Below are positions 1-10,243 of a stretch of 64,000 nucleotides of DNA, one piece after another. Source of the stretch: an uncultured Actinomycetes bacterium (lineage in GTDB: Bacteria; Actinomycetota; Thermoleophilia; RBG-16-64-13); contig CAVPLM010000005.1 of the NCBI GenBank assembly GCA_963706025.1, positions 736,001-800,000 on the forward strand. The letters run 5' to 3'. The notes under the pieces are model-generated. The model was not told the origin of the DNA. It saw only the letters and a program-made list of their open reading frames with translations, and did no database searches. Numbering within the stretch: the first letter of the stretch is position 1; each line of letters starts with the position of its first letter. The position numbers were made by a program, and so were the translations under genes.

Positions 1-12
1 AACGACCCCCGC

Positions 13-705
13 TCAAGGCGACGCTTCCGGATCGACTCTATATCCCAGGCCCCACACGGTCTGGATGATCCGGCCCCAGGGGCCCAGTTTCTTGCGCAGT
101 TGGCCGATGTGGACGTCCACCGTACGTGCATCCCCATAGAAGCTGTAACCCCACACTTCCTCCAACAGCCGTTCCCGGGTCAAGGCCAGACCCCGATTCA
201 GCAGCAGGTAGTGGAGCAGCTCGAATTCCTTCGGAGTCAGGTCCACGAGCTCGCCGTCGATGCGCACGGTCCGCTCCAGCGGTGATACTTCGACGCCTCC
301 CAGGACCTGGTCGTGAGCGGAAAGGTCCGCCTGCGCCCCCACCCTACGCAGAACCGCTCTCGTCCGCGCGACCAGCTCTCCCGGGCTGAACGGTTTGACC
401 ATGTAGTCATCCGCGCCCAGTTCGAGACCGAAGATCTTGTCCTGTTCCGCATCTCTCGCGGTGAGTATGATCACGGGCACCTGCGAAGACCGCCTTATGG
501 CCTTCAATACCTCGAAACCAGATCGGTCCGGCAGCATGAGGTCGAGCACGACCAGAGCCGGGTCCCTCGCCCGTACTAGGTCGATGCCGGCATTGCCCAG
601 GGCGGTGACGTGCACCACATAGCCCTCTCGGCTCAGATAGAGCTCGAGCAGCTCGGAGATCGAGGGGTCGTCCTCGACGACCACGACAACCGGCCCATTT
701 GTCAC
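13..705 (-). CDS. OmpR/PhoB-family response regulator
   Basis: Receiver domain (VVEDD, VLDLMLP, ILTA, GADDY.KPF) plus winged helix (LTPKEFELL, RTVDVHIGQLRKKL, IQTVWGLGYR). GTG start at 705 follows a GAGGGA RBS. Confidence 0.93.
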   Translation of the reverse strand: MTNGPVVVVVEDDPSISELLELYLSREGYVVHVTALGNAGIDLVRARDPALVVLDLMLPDRSGFEVLKAIRRSSQVPVIILTARDAEQDKIFGLELGADDYMVKPFSPGELVARTRAVLRRVGAQADLSAHDQVLGGVEVSPLERTVRIDGELVDLTPKEFELLHYLLLNRGLALTRERLLEEVWGYSFYGDARTVDVHIGQLRKKLGPWGRIIQTVWGLGYRVDPEASP

Positions 706-843
706 TCCCTCGACCGAAACCACTCTGGGTCTTGCCCTCCTCAAACCCTCCTCGGGCCGGCACCTGCCTGCGGTTCTTGACGACCTAATACTTTGCCTCC
801 CGCCGCCGGTTCCCTCCGTCTGATACGCGGCCGAATGCAGGCC

Positions 844-880
844 GCCCTGGCAGCGGAGACCCAGTCTCCGCTGCCAGGGC
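844..880 (-). terminator. Perfect 17-bp hairpin (putative terminator or mRNA-stabilising stem)
   Basis: gccctggcagcggagac-cca-gtctccgctgccagggc, 10 nt after the stop of the 891..1317 gene. No U-tract. Confidence 0.6.
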
Positions 881-890
881 CGGGCCGGTC

Positions 891-1317
891 TTAGTTGATG
901 CCCGACACGGCTCCCGCCGCTCCGGCCGCCTCGTCACCCGCGCCAAGATACTTGTTGGTCAGGTCGCGCAATTCCTTGAGAGTCGCCTTGAGTGCCTCTC
1001 GGGCCTCATTGAGGGCCTCGCGCTTGTCCTTGGCCGTCTCTACCAGCCGGTCGTACGCCGCCTGATCCTCAGGCGTCATCTTCTCCCGGACCAGTTGCAT
1101 CAGCGCCTTCTGGCGCTGGATCCATTGCTCCTTCTTCTCTTTCAGCGCTTCACGATCGAGCGGTCCCGGCTTGCCGGCAGCCGTCAAGACCGTTCGGTCG
1201 GCCGCAACGGCCTGACCGTCACCAGTCGCGGCCGCCAAAGCCACCGCTCCCACGCGACAGAAAGATGGCCAGCGCAAGAGCCAAAAGTAGCCACTGGCGT
1301 TTCCACAGGCGCTTCAT
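891..1317 (-). CDS. Exported helical protein, Spy/CpxP-like (frameshift near 1255)
   Basis: GGAGGTG RBS, then ATG at 1317 giving signal peptide MKRLWKRQWLLLALALAIF. Joins ORF 891..1277, which is Lys/Glu-rich and helical with an LTxxQ-like MTPEDQ. Confidence 0.6.
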
Positions 1318-1374
1318 GACTCACACCTCCTTGCTCATCGAGACGGGGTTCTTGGACTCAGTGTCGCGCGATAA

Positions 1375-1391
1375 TGTGAGGGAACTGTGAA
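1375..1391 (-). promoter_or_regulatory. Putative OmpR-family direct-repeat operator
   Basis: Minus strand reads TTCACA-gttcc-CTCACA (11-bp period), upstream of the exported protein and response regulator genes. Confidence 0.45.
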
Positions 1392-1445
1392 AGAATCCCG
1401 AAATATCCAACAAGACCACGAGGTTCGGGGCTGAATCAGACTACG

Positions 1446-2934
1446 ATGCGCTACGAGAGTCACAGTGATGACGAACGCCGTTTCATGCTCGGCGTACTAG
1501 GTCTCGAGTCCGTCGACGACCTCTTCGCTCTCATACCCCCACCGCTGCGGCGGACAGAGCTACGACTGGCGCCCGGGCTCAGCGAGCCGGAAGTGCGCGA
1601 GACCATGGAAGCCCTGGCCTCTGCCGACCGTCCGCCGGGTCCGACGTCGTTCCTGGGAGCAGGTTGCTACAGCCACTTCGTGCCTGCCGCCGTTCGTGCT
1701 CTGACGGGCCGCGGCGAGTTCGCCACGGCCTACACCCCCTATCAGGCGGAGGTCAGCCAGGGCACGCTCCAATACATCTTCGAGTTTCAGAGCTGCGTCT
1801 GCGAGCTCACGGGCATGGAGGTAGCCAACGCGTCCCTCTATGACGGACCCTCGGCGCTGGCCGAGGCCGCCTTCATGGCGTTGCGCCTCACTCGGAGGGA
1901 GGGGATACTGATCTCGTCCGGCGTCCACCCGGAGGCCGCTCAGGTGGTGGCCAGCTACGCCGCCGGCCCCGATCTCCCTATCTACGGATGGCCCCTGGAC
2001 CCACGCTCGGGAGCCACCGGCACCATCGATGGTCATCTACCGGCGGGCGGTCCAGGGGTCGAAGGTCTCGCAGGACTCCGTCGGGGCGGTGCTGGTGCAA
2101 CAGCCCAACGTGCTCGGAGTGGTCGAGGACCTGAAGCTGCTCGCGGAGGCCGCACACAGCCTCGGCGCCTTGCTGGTGGTCGCGGTCAACCCGGTGACGC
2201 TCGGGATCCTGGAACCGCCGGGCACGGCCGGGGCGGATATCGCGGTCGGCGACGTGCAGGTGTTCGGCAACGCCCCCACCTTCGGAGGTCCGTCCGCGGG
2301 CTTCCTGGCCTGCCGCGAGGCTTACACCCGGCAGATCCCAGGACGTCTGGTGGGTCAGACCCTCGATGAGGACGGGCAGACCTGCTACACCCTGACGCTG
2401 CAGGCCCGCGAGCAGCACATCCGCCGGGCCAAGGCCACCTCCAACATCTGCTCCAACCAGTCCCTGAACGCGCTCGCCGCCACCATACACCTGAGCCTGC
2501 TCGGGCCCCAGGGATTGCGCCGCCTGGGAGAGATCTGCCTGCAGCGCGCCCACCACCTCCAGGTCGAGCTTTGCTCCCTGCCTGGAGTGGAGCCTCTGAT
2601 GGACGGCCCGTTCTTCCACGAGTTCGCCTTGAAGCTCCCTTGCTCCGCCGATTGTTTCAGAACCGCCATGCGCGACCGAGGCGTCGATCCAGGCGTTCCT
2701 CTGAGTCGTCTGCTCGCCGCCCGTGCGCCCCTGGCCGGCGCCGCCGAGACCGGCGCCGCCGCGACCGGCGCCGCCCCAACCGACGGGGGTCCAGTGAGTC
2801 TGGGCCTGATCGACAACGCGCTTCTGGTCGCGGTGACCGAGTCCAACCCGCCTGAGGCCCTCGAACTGTATGTGGCCGCCGCTCGCGAGGTGCTCGCCCG
2901 ACTCGCCCCTTCCTCGAAGGACCGCCCTCAATGA
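1446..2934 (+). CDS. gcvPA: Glycine dehydrogenase (decarboxylating) subunit 1 (frameshift ~2030-2075)
   Basis: FLGAGCY, TAYTPYQAEVSQG and NASLYDG in ORF 1446..2369; TLQAREQHIRRAKATSNICSNQ in ORF 2029..2934. Confidence 0.93.
2737..2781 (+). repeat. 15-bp in-frame tandem repeat x3 inside gcvPA
   Basis: ggcgccgccgagacc / ggcgccgccgcgacc / ggcgccgccccaacc, encoding GAAET GAAAT GAAPT. Confidence 0.8.
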
Positions 2935-4481
2935 CGACCGGGCATCCGGAACCCCTCATCTTCGACAAGAGCGTTCCCGGTCACGGGGGGCTCGATCTTC
3001 CTTCCCCGGGGGTGCCGGCAGCCGACCTTTCTTCTCTCCTCCCGGGGGTACGTCTTCGCCACGACCCTCCCCGCTTGCCGGAAGTGGCCGAGCCTCAGGT
3101 GGTGCGGCACTACACGCGCCTTTCTCAGCTCAACCACTCGGTGGACACCGGCTTCTACCCTCTGGGGTCATGCACCATGAAGCACAACCCCAAACTGAAC
3201 GACGAGCTGGCGGCTCTGCCCGGCTTCGCCCGGCTGCACCCCTATCAGGCCGAAAGCGAGGTCCAGGGGATCCTTCGGTTGATGCACGAGCTGGAAAGAG
3301 CTCTGGTGGAAATCACGGGCATGCATCGGGCGACCCTGCAGCCCGCGGCCGGGGCTCAAGGGGAGCTCGCCGGGATCCTTATGATCAAAGCCTACCACCG
3401 CGACCACGGCGGCTCTCACCGAGATACCGTCATCGTCCCCGATTCCGCCCACGGCACCAATCTGGCCAGCGCTGCGATGGCCGGCTACCGAGTGGTGGAG
3501 ATCCCCAGCTCTCCCCAGGGCCTTATCGATCCCGCCGTGCTGCGCAGGAGCCTGTCTGACCGCACCGCCGCTTTGATGCTGACCAATCCCAACACTCTGG
3601 GACTGTTCGAGGAGGACATCCTCGAGATCTCAGGCCTGGCCCACGAGGCCGGCGCCCTCTGCTACTACGATGGGGCCAACCTCAACGCGATCATGGGCAA
3701 GGCCCGCCCGGGCGACATGGGCATGGACGTGGTCCATGTGAATCTGCACAAGACCTTCTCCACTCCCCACGGGGGCGGCGGCCCCGGCTCCGGTCCGGTT
3801 GCAGTCACCGCCCGGCTCGAACCCTACCTGCCGGTCCCGCTGGTGCGCATCTCCCCAGCCGACGAGGCCTATACCCTCGACTACCAACGTCCTCACAGCA
3901 TCGGCCGCATCAAGGGTTTCTACGGCAACGTCGGCGTCCTCATCCGGGCCTATGCCTACCTACTCCGGATGGGCGGGGACGGTCTCGCCCGAGCCAGTGA
4001 GGACGCGGTGCTCAGCGCGAACTACCTTCGTGTCCGACTGCGAGCCAGTTACCAGGTCCCTTACGACCGCATCTGCATGCACGAGTTCGTGCTCTCGGCC
4101 GCGGCCCAGGCAAGACGCGGCGGCACGGCCCGCGACATCGCCAAGCGCATCCTCGACTTCGGCATGCACGCACCCACCATCTATTTCCCCCTGATAGTGC
4201 CGGAAGCCCTCATGGTGGAACCGACCGAGACCGAAGACCTGAGGACTCTGGACACGTTCGTCGAGGTCATGGAACGCATCGACCGCGAGATAGACGAGGA
4301 TCCGGAGATAATCCGCCGGGCCCCGATCTCTACCCCGGTGCGCAGACCGGACGAGACGAGGGCCGCCCGGGAACCCATCCTGCGCTGGGTCCGTCGCGAA
4401 GATCAAGATCCAACTCCACCCCCACCGGCAACGCCTGGATTTGGCGCCGGTCGAGGTTTCGGGGATAATCAAGCGCCATGA
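2931..4481 (+). CDS. gcvPB: Glycine dehydrogenase (decarboxylating) subunit 2
   Basis: FYPLGSCTMK, SAHGTN, YYDGANLNA and PLP-lysine motif NLHKTFSTPHGGGGPG. ATGA overlap with gcvPA. Confidence 0.96.
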   Translation: MTTGHPEPLIFDKSVPGHGGLDLPSPGVPAADLSSLLPGVRLRHDPPRLPEVAEPQVVRHYTRLSQLNHSVDTGFYPLGSCTMKHNPKLNDELAALPGFARLHPYQAESEVQGILRLMHELERALVEITGMHRATLQPAAGAQGELAGILMIKAYHRDHGGSHRDTVIVPDSAHGTNLASAAMAGYRVVEIPSSPQGLIDPAVLRRSLSDRTAALMLTNPNTLGLFEEDILEISGLAHEAGALCYYDGANLNAIMGKARPGDMGMDVVHVNLHKTFSTPHGGGGPGSGPVAVTARLEPYLPVPLVRISPADEAYTLDYQRPHSIGRIKGFYGNVGVLIRAYAYLLRMGGDGLARASEDAVLSANYLRVRLRASYQVPYDRICMHEFVLSAAAQARRGGTARDIAKRILDFGMHAPTIYFPLIVPEALMVEPTETEDLRTLDTFVEVMERIDREIDEDPEIIRRAPISTPVRRPDETRAAREPILRWVRREDQDPTPPPPATPGFGAGRGFGDNQAP

Positions 4482-5609
4482 CGACGGCCATCGCGAGGAC
4501 TCAGCCACATAGTCGCCGCAGGTCCCGCCGACATCTATCGATGTCGATAGGCGTCGTGATCGCCCTGGCAGCGCTGGCGTATCTGCTCCTGCCTACTGCA
4601 CACGTCAACACCCGCAATCTGGTCCAGGTCAACGGCGTCACCTATGCGGTCCCTCCCACCGCCACGGCGTCCGGCCTCAGCGAGATCTCCGCCCTTCTCG
4701 CCCGACCCGGGTCGAGCTTGGACATCACCGGCGACGTGTTCGCACTGGCGCAGGGCGCTCCGGCCAAACGAAAGATCGACGATCTCCCTCTGGCCGGGGA
4801 CTCCGTTCTCACCGACGGGGCGCTCGTGGAAGTCCGCCACGGCGAGCACCGGCTCGAGACCATACGACAGAAGACTCAAGCCATGCCCTTCGAGACCGTT
4901 TACGAGGGCAGTGGGCCCATCGTCAGCCTAGTGCAGTCCGGCGCCTCCGGCAAGCGAGAGCTGTTCGTGGGGTCGTCCAGCGGCAAACAGGCGGCCGTGT
5001 TCCTGCTCTACCTCTCCCCAGAATGCCGTGGTCCAGCGCAGCAAGACCGCGAAACCCGGACAGAAGATGGCCGCACTGACCTTCGATGACGGCCCCGGCA
5101 CCTATACTCAGGCGGTGCTCGATGCGCTCGCGGCCAAGCACGTGCCGGCCACTTTCTTTGTTCTTGGGGGCGCCGCCGCGGGCAACAAGGCCATGATCAA
5201 GGCCATCAAGGCCGCCGGCCACGAGGTGGAGAACCACACCTGGAGCCACCCCGTTCTCACCGAAGTCAGCGCGGAAAGAGTGCGCAGCGAGATCTCCCGC
5301 ACCAATGCCGTGATCGGGGGCGGCCGCTTCCTGCGGCCGCCCTACGGGACCTACAACGCCGCCGTCGCGGCGCAGGCCCACGCGCTGGGGCTCCGAATCG
5401 CGCTGTGGACCGTCGACACCCTGGACTGGAAGCATCCAAGCGTCGAGTCGATCATGTCCTACGTGAAAGCCAAGACCAAGCCGGGGGCCATCATCTTGAT
5501 GCATGACGGCGGGAAGAATCGCTCACAGACTGTGGCGGCCATCCCGGTCATCGTCGACTGGCTCTTCGCCCGCGGTTACTCCCTGACCACGGTGGAGCAA
5601 CTGCTCTGA
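4478..5609 (+). CDS. Membrane-anchored polysaccharide (peptidoglycan) deacetylase, CE4/NodB, with G5-like stalk (frameshift ~5015)
   Basis: N-terminal TM segment and PFETVY..GASG G5-like region; catalytic ALTFDDGP, NHTWSH, RPPYG, DTLDW and LMHDG in ORF 5028..5609. Confidence 0.85.
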
Positions 5610-5649
5610 CGGGGTGGGGAGTCGCGCTGCTCGTCCGGTCCTCGTTCGT

Positions 5650-5674
5650 GTTTAGTATGTCGCCACGAGGGTAA
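5650..5674 (+). promoter_or_regulatory. SigB/SigF-type promoter
   Basis: GTTT-N15-GGGTAA upstream of an anti-anti-sigma/anti-sigma pair. Confidence 0.65.
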
Positions 5675-5707
5675 TAGCGACACATCGACCGAAACCCGAT
5701 AGACCCG

Positions 5708-6067
5708 GTGACAATGGATGTAAGGGTGACCAGTCTCGAAGAGACGCCACTCGTCGAGGCTTGGGGAGACATAGACCACAATAGCTGCGGCTCCATCGAA
5801 GCAGTTCTCGACGGGGCTCTCGCGTCCGGTAGCGCCAATGTCCTTTTCGACCTGAGCCAGGTCACTTATATCGACAGCGGTGGGCTTTCTGTGCTGCTCT
5901 CCGCGGTGCGCTTGCTGCGCGATCGAGGCTGGCTGGGGGTCATCGGTCCCAACGCGAACGTGCGACGCCTTTTGGAGATCGTAGGGTTGCTGGTCGACCC
6001 CAACTTCCGGGTTTTTGAAGACAGAGAGACGGCTGCTGCAGCCCTTGCAGGACAGGTGACCGTCTGA
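5708..6067 (+). CDS. STAS-domain anti-sigma factor antagonist (RsbV/SpoIIAA-like)
   Basis: GDID...DLSQVTYIDSGGL...VRRLLEIVGL. Confidence 0.9.
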   Translation: MTMDVRVTSLEETPLVEAWGDIDHNSCGSIEAVLDGALASGSANVLFDLSQVTYIDSGGLSVLLSAVRLLRDRGWLGVIGPNANVRRLLEIVGLLVDPNFRVFEDRETAAAALAGQVTV

Positions 6068-6528
6068 TGCCCCCTGACGACTCGAGGTCGATCGACGATC
6101 TGAGACCGCCAGGCGATCCCACGTTCCACCGGGTCATCCAAGTCGAGGCTCAGACCTCCCGCCTGGCGGACGTGAGACGGTTCGTGGAGGAGGTGGCGAG
6201 CGATGCCGCTCTCGATCTGGAGCGGATCTTCGACCTCAAAGTAGCCGTCTCCGAAGCCTGCGCCAATGTCGTGGAGCATGCCGGCTGCCACCCTCTGCCC
6301 TTGGAGGTCAGCGCCCGGCTGCACGCCAGGCGCCTCACTTTCATCGTCACCGACAACGGCCCATTCCGGGCGCTTTCGTCGGCCCGTGAGGAATGTCGCA
6401 GCAGGGGGCTGGGGATGCCGCTCATGGTGGCGCTCATGGACGAGGTCAGCTTTGCTCGCGCCCCCGGCGGTGGCACCACGGTAAGCCTGTCGGTGCTTCT
6501 CGACCGGGCTACGGCTCAACCCGCCTAA
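6067..6528 (+). CDS. Anti-sigma factor Ser kinase (RsbW-like)
   Basis: DLKVAVSEACANVVEH, VTDNG, RGLGMPLM...DEV, GGGTTV. Confidence 0.88.
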   Translation: MPPDDSRSIDDLRPPGDPTFHRVIQVEAQTSRLADVRRFVEEVASDAALDLERIFDLKVAVSEACANVVEHAGCHPLPLEVSARLHARRLTFIVTDNGPFRALSSAREECRSRGLGMPLMVALMDEVSFARAPGGGTTVSLSVLLDRATAQPA

Positions 6529-6549
6529 GTCGGCGGCAGCCGCGAGGGC

Positions 6550-7617
6550 TTACCCGCTGCCGGCGAAGCGCACGTTCAACAAGTATCCCCCGGCTTGATC
6601 GCGGTCGACGAGACGTCCGATGACCGCGGCGGCCGAGGTGTCTCTGGCCGTCAGCGCCTGGACCGCTTCCGCCGTCCTCTCGGACGGCACCGCCAGGACG
6701 AGACCGCCGGACGTCTGGGCATCGGCGCACAGGAGCCTCTGCCAGGATTCCAGCCCCGGCTCGAAGCTGGTCCAGGGCTGCACGTACTCCAGGTTGCGCT
6801 TGGTCCCCCCGGGGATCACGCCTTGTCGCGCCAGTGTCTCCGCTTCAAAGAGCAAGGGTAACCGGTCGTACCAGACTTCCGCCGCCACCCCACTTGCCCG
6901 GCACAACTCACTGAGGTGGCCCAGGAGGCCGAAACCGGTGATATCCGTAAGCGCACGCGCACCACAGGCTCGGGCCACCTCGGCTGCATCGCGATTGAGC
7001 GCCGCCATGGTGGCGGTGGCGGCGGCGATGGCCTCTGCCGAAGCGTTTCCCTGCTTGATGGCGGTCGCGACTACTCCGGTGCCGAGCGGCTTGGTGAGCA
7101 CGAGGACGTCGCCGGGCCTGCCGGCTGCATTGGTCAATTCCTGTCCCGGCTTGATCAAGCCGGTGACGGCCAGCCCATATTTGGGCTCGGGGTCGTCGAT
7201 GGTGTGGCCACCGACGATGGTGGCCTCGGCGAGCCGGGCCGTCTCTGCCCCACCCTGCAGGATCCTCGCCAGGTACTCGAGCGGCAGGACGCCCGATGGG
7301 AAGCAGACGATATTGAGGGCAGTCAGAGGCCGACCACCCATCGCGTAGACGTCGGAGAAGGCGTTGGCGGCGGCGATGCGGCCGAAATCGTAGGGGTCGT
7401 CGACCACCGGTGTGAAGAAATCGACCGTCTGCACCAGGGCGATCTCATCAGTAAGGCGGTAGATGGCCGCATCATCCAGCGTGTCCGCCCCCACCAGAAG
7501 GGCGGGATCTTCCACCCGCGGCAGCATATCCATGACCTGCCCCAAGTCCTTGGGGCCCAGTTTGCAGGCTCAGCCTGAGCCGTGCGAGAGGGTGGTCAGC
7601 CTCGGGACCGCCTCCAT
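6550..7617 (-). CDS. selD: Selenide, water dikinase; selenoprotein (UGA16 = Sec)
   Basis: AAAGGAGGTG RBS, ATG at 7617, MEAVPRLTTLSHGSG-TGA(7572-7570)-ACKLGPKDL, continuing in frame into DDAA, QTVDFFTP, ANAFSDVYAMGG, TDITGFGLLGH and DAQTSGGL. Confidence 0.96.
7539..7556 (-). promoter_or_regulatory. SECIS-like hairpin of selD
   Basis: mRNA GCCCCAA-GGAC-UUGGGGC, starting 14 nt after the UGA, with a G-starting apical loop. Confidence 0.8.
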
Positions 7618-7640
7618 CGACCATCACCTCCTTTCGTCCA

Positions 7641-7679
7641 CGCCGGTTTCAGCGTCGCGCCGGTCTCAGCGTCGCGCCG
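7641..7679. repeat. 17-bp tandem repeat (x2.3) upstream of selD
   Basis: cgccggtttcagcgtcg / cgccggtctcagcgtcg / cgccg. Confidence 0.7.
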
Positions 7680-7818
7680 CTGTGCGGGTCGTCGCCCTGC
7701 GCATGTCACACCCATCTGTGCCTCACCTGTGCCGGCACGGGGAAACACTAGCAGACGACCGGTTCGCGGGCCAACCGCTCTGCCGGTGGACGGGCCCGCC
7801 GGCCGACAGGTCCGCAGC

Positions 7819-7856
7819 CGATCACCCCGCCGGGCGATCACCCCACCGGGCGATCA
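7819..7856. repeat. 16-bp tandem repeat (x2.4) between selD and the Fur-family gene
   Basis: cgatcaccccgccggg / cgatcaccccaccggg / cgatca. Confidence 0.7.
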
Positions 7857-7892
7857 ATCCGCCCGCGCCCCTTCGCTGCACAACGTGTGCGA

Positions 7893-7926
7893 TTGACACC
7901 TGCATGCTCTTGCAATAGAGTTGCAA
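7893..7926 (+). promoter_or_regulatory. Sigma70 promoter overlapped by a Nur-type operator
   Basis: TTGACA(7893)-N17-TAGAGT(7916). TTGCAA-N5-TTGCAA at 7910-7926 covers the -10. Confidence 0.75.
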
Positions 7927-7931
7927 TAACC

Positions 7932-8384
7932 ATGACTCATCATGCCACCCGCACCTTGCAGGAATTGGGCTACCGACTGACCCCCCAGCGCACGCTCGTG
8001 TGGGACGTGCTTCGCGAGCACGGAGCCCACATGAGCGCCGAAGATGTCTGCGTCAGAGTTCAGGAGCAGTTCCCCCACATCAACATGTCCACCGTATATC
8101 GCACCCTGGAGCTATTGGTGGACCTCGATCTGGTGAGAGAGACGCATCTCGGTCCCACCCGGCGCTTCTTCGAAGTGGAAGAAGAGATCCCTCACCATCA
8201 CCTGGTCTGCGAGGTATGCGGTCGGGTGACTCACGTGCACGACGAAGACCTGGGAGATCTGAGCGCCCTTCTGCTTCGCGAGCAGGACCACTCGGTCCGA
8301 GAAGTGACGGTGTTCGGCCTTTGCAGCACCTGCCGAATCGACGCGGAAGGAGGAAGCCGGTGCACATCCCCGACGGATTCGTAG
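7932..8384 (+). CDS. Fur-family metalloregulator, Nur-like
   Basis: GYRLTPQR, INMSTVYRTLELL, HHHLVCEVCG, FGLCSTC. First gene of the Ni/Co ECF operon. Confidence 0.9.
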   Translation: MTHHATRTLQELGYRLTPQRTLVWDVLREHGAHMSAEDVCVRVQEQFPHINMSTVYRTLELLVDLDLVRETHLGPTRRFFEVEEEIPHHHLVCEVCGRVTHVHDEDLGDLSALLLREQDHSVREVTVFGLCSTCRIDAEGGSRCTSPTDS

Positions 8385-9424
8385 ACATCCCCACGGCTGT
8401 GGCCACAGGGGTGGTTTCGCTGGGTACGGTGGCCTATGCAGTGCGCAAGACCAGCAAGGACCTCGGCGAGCGGACCATCCCCCTCATGGGCGTGACCGCA
8501 GCCTTCATCTTCGCCGCCCAGATGCTCAACTTCCCGGTGGCCGGGGGCACGAGCGGGCACTTCCTGGGGGCGATGCTTGCGGTCGCGCTCTTGGGGGTGT
8601 GGCCGGCCCCCATAGTGATGACCGTGGTCCTCGTGGTCCAAGCCCTGGGCATGGCAGACGGGGGTATCACGGCGCTGGGAGCCAACGTGTTCAACATGGG
8701 TGTGGTCGCGGTGTTCGTCGGCTACGGGGTCTTTGTTGGACTCAAGAAGATCCTCCCCCGCACCCTCCCCGGCTATCTGGTCTCGGTGGCCGTGGCCTCT
8801 TGGATCTCGGTGGTCGCGGCGTCGGCCGCCGCCTCTGCCGAGCTGGCCATCTCGGGAACCGTGCCGCTGGGCGTGGCTCTCCCCGCGATGGTCTCCGTGC
8901 ACATGGTCATCGCAATCGGTGAGGCCCTGATCACCACCGTGGTGGCAGCCGCGGTCCTTGCCACCCGCCCCGATCTGGTCAAGACCTTCGACCTGCCTCT
9001 CGAGACCGTCCGCCGCACCGCCGGACGGCCGGTCGCCCGTATGAGCGGAAGAGCCCGCTTCTGGTCGTTCGTCGCCGGTGCGGTGGTCGTTGCCGTCGCC
9101 TTAGCGGTGTTCGTCTCTCCGTTCGCTTCCGGCTCTCCAGACGGCCTGGAGAAGGTGGCGGCGGACAGGGGCTTCGAAACCGCGGCGGCCGAGGAACCGA
9201 CGTGGGGCCTCTCTCCGCTCGGCGACTACCAGCTCCCCGGAGTCGGCAACGAGAAGGTGGCCACGGCGATCGCCGGGTTGTTGGGCACGGTCGTCCTTTT
9301 CGCCCTTGTCGTCCTCGCGGGGCGCGCATTGAGCGGCCGTCGACTCACCCCGGCCGTGCAGCCTGCGGGAACGAACAGAGGTTCCGGCAACGCGCCGCCC
9401 CCTGATCCCTCCGGCAAGCCCTAG
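8360..9424 (+). CDS. Ni/Co ECF transporter substrate component, NikM/CbiM fused to a PDGLE (NikN) domain
   Basis: GTG at 8360 gives N-terminal MHIPDG; also AFIFAAQMLNFP, GTSGH and C-terminal SPDGLEKVA. Confidence 0.92.
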   Translation: MHIPDGFVDIPTAVATGVVSLGTVAYAVRKTSKDLGERTIPLMGVTAAFIFAAQMLNFPVAGGTSGHFLGAMLAVALLGVWPAPIVMTVVLVVQALGMADGGITALGANVFNMGVVAVFVGYGVFVGLKKILPRTLPGYLVSVAVASWISVVAASAAASAELAISGTVPLGVALPAMVSVHMVIAIGEALITTVVAAAVLATRPDLVKTFDLPLETVRRTAGRPVARMSGRARFWSFVAGAVVVAVALAVFVSPFASGSPDGLEKVAADRGFETAAAEEPTWGLSPLGDYQLPGVGNEKVATAIAGLLGTVVLFALVVLAGRALSGRRLTPAVQPAGTNRGSGNAPPPDPSGKP

Positions 9425-9464
9425 GGCGTGCCCTCGCCGGATAGCCGGATAGGATGACCACAAG

Positions 9465-10243
9465 ATGGCGCTGACCGGGGTCGACTCCCTACTCACCGAG
9501 ACCCGCGCAGTGGCAAAGCCGGCTGCACCGGCTCGATGCACGGGCCAAGATCCTGGGATTCATCGGGTTCACGGTGGTGGTGGTCACGACGCCGGCTCTG
9601 CCCGTATGGCCCTTCGTGCTCTACGCCGGGATCCTGTTCTTCCTCATCGGCGTCTCGCGTCTCCCGCTCAAGCATGTGCTCGGGCGCGCCCTCGTGGTGC
9701 TCCCCTTCATCCTGGTCGTTGCCATCTTCTTGCCTTTCTTCCATCAGACCGGAGGCGGCGGCTACAGCCTGGGCGGCATGCGGGTGACCGGCGAAGGCCT
9801 GCTCGTTCTGTGGAACGTGGGAGCGAAAGCCGTCCTGGGCGCACTCAGCATGATCGTGCTCGGTTCGACCACCACTTTCGCCGAGATGGTCTCGGGTTTC
9901 GAGCGCTTGAAGACGCCCAAGATCTTCGTCCTCATCGTGAGTTTCATGTACCGGTACAGCTTCGTGTTCATCGAGGAACTGGGGCGCATGCGGCGCGCTA
10001 TGACTGCCCGCAACTACCGAGCACGTTGGCTATGGAACGTGCCCACCCTGGGCTACATGCTGAGCGCCCTTTTTCTGCGCAGCTACAGCCGCGGGGAGCG
10101 GGTGTACGTAGCCATGCTCAGCCGTGGCTACGAGGGTACGGTGAGACTGCTCGAGGGGAGCCGGTTCGGAGCGGTCGACGCCGTCTTCCTCGGCGGCCTC
10201 TCTGCTGGCCGTGGTCTCGATCCGCGCGCTCTCAGCGCTGTGA
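9465..10243 (+). CDS. cbiQ: Ni/Co ECF transporter T component (CbiQ/NikQ); frameshifts ~9505 and ~10200
   Basis: LHRLDARAKI, FMYRY..., FLRSYSRGERVYVAMLSRGY. Natural end LLAVVSIRALSAL-TGA overlaps the GTG of cbiO. Confidence 0.85.
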
